A stretch of 64,000 bases of DNA, from contig OZ024740.1 in NCBI GenBank assembly GCA_964016885.1, positions 246,946,001 through 247,010,000 of the forward strand. Direction: 5' to 3'. Under the pieces are notes generated by a model. That model made no database searches, was not told the origin of the DNA, and worked only from the letters and a program-made list of their open reading frames with translations. The DNA is from Eledone cirrhosa. Taxonomy: Eukaryota. Within the stretch, counting starts at the first letter, position 1, and each line of letters starts with the position of its first letter. This document shows, piece after piece, positions 63,938 to 64,000 of this stretch. Position numbers and translations under genes: made by a program.

Positions 63938-64000
63938 CAAAATTTGTTTTATATATAGTGACATACCCGATAAACCAAACCTTATCGGTTCAGGTTCCAT

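Overview
AT-rich eukaryotic, repeat-saturated region; the SINE families and dense (TA/CA/GA/TATG/TAA/CTAT)n tracts suggest an Octopus-like cephalopod, which is an inference. I can support no host protein-coding gene. The window holds: (1) an apparently intact Tx1/L1-clade LINE (ORF1 with CCHC knuckle, ORF2 with APE-RT-zinc finger, ~29.6-35.4 kb) embedded in (CTAT)n and preceded by two short 3'-end stubs; (2) a head-to-tail train of four R4/Dong-like restriction-like-endonuclease (RLE) retrotransposon copies from two families, joined by (TAA)n (~9.9-18.5 kb), one near full length with a single nonsense codon; (3) many Penelope-like (PLE, GIY-YIG) remnants with inverted termini and at least six readable minimal hammerhead ribozymes, including covarying copies and a U3-A8 core variant; (4) Helitron Rep and helicase fragments plus a non-autonomous Helitron; (5) decayed CRE, RTE and mariner copies, MITEs and SINEs; (6) a 5.5-kb 24-bp minisatellite. 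The best leads are the CTAT-associated Tx1 element, the TAA array, and structured 5' leaders of an RTE-like and an R4-like element that fit no canonical ribozyme consensus by eye. All folds and alignments were done by eye, and most element boundaries are approximate.
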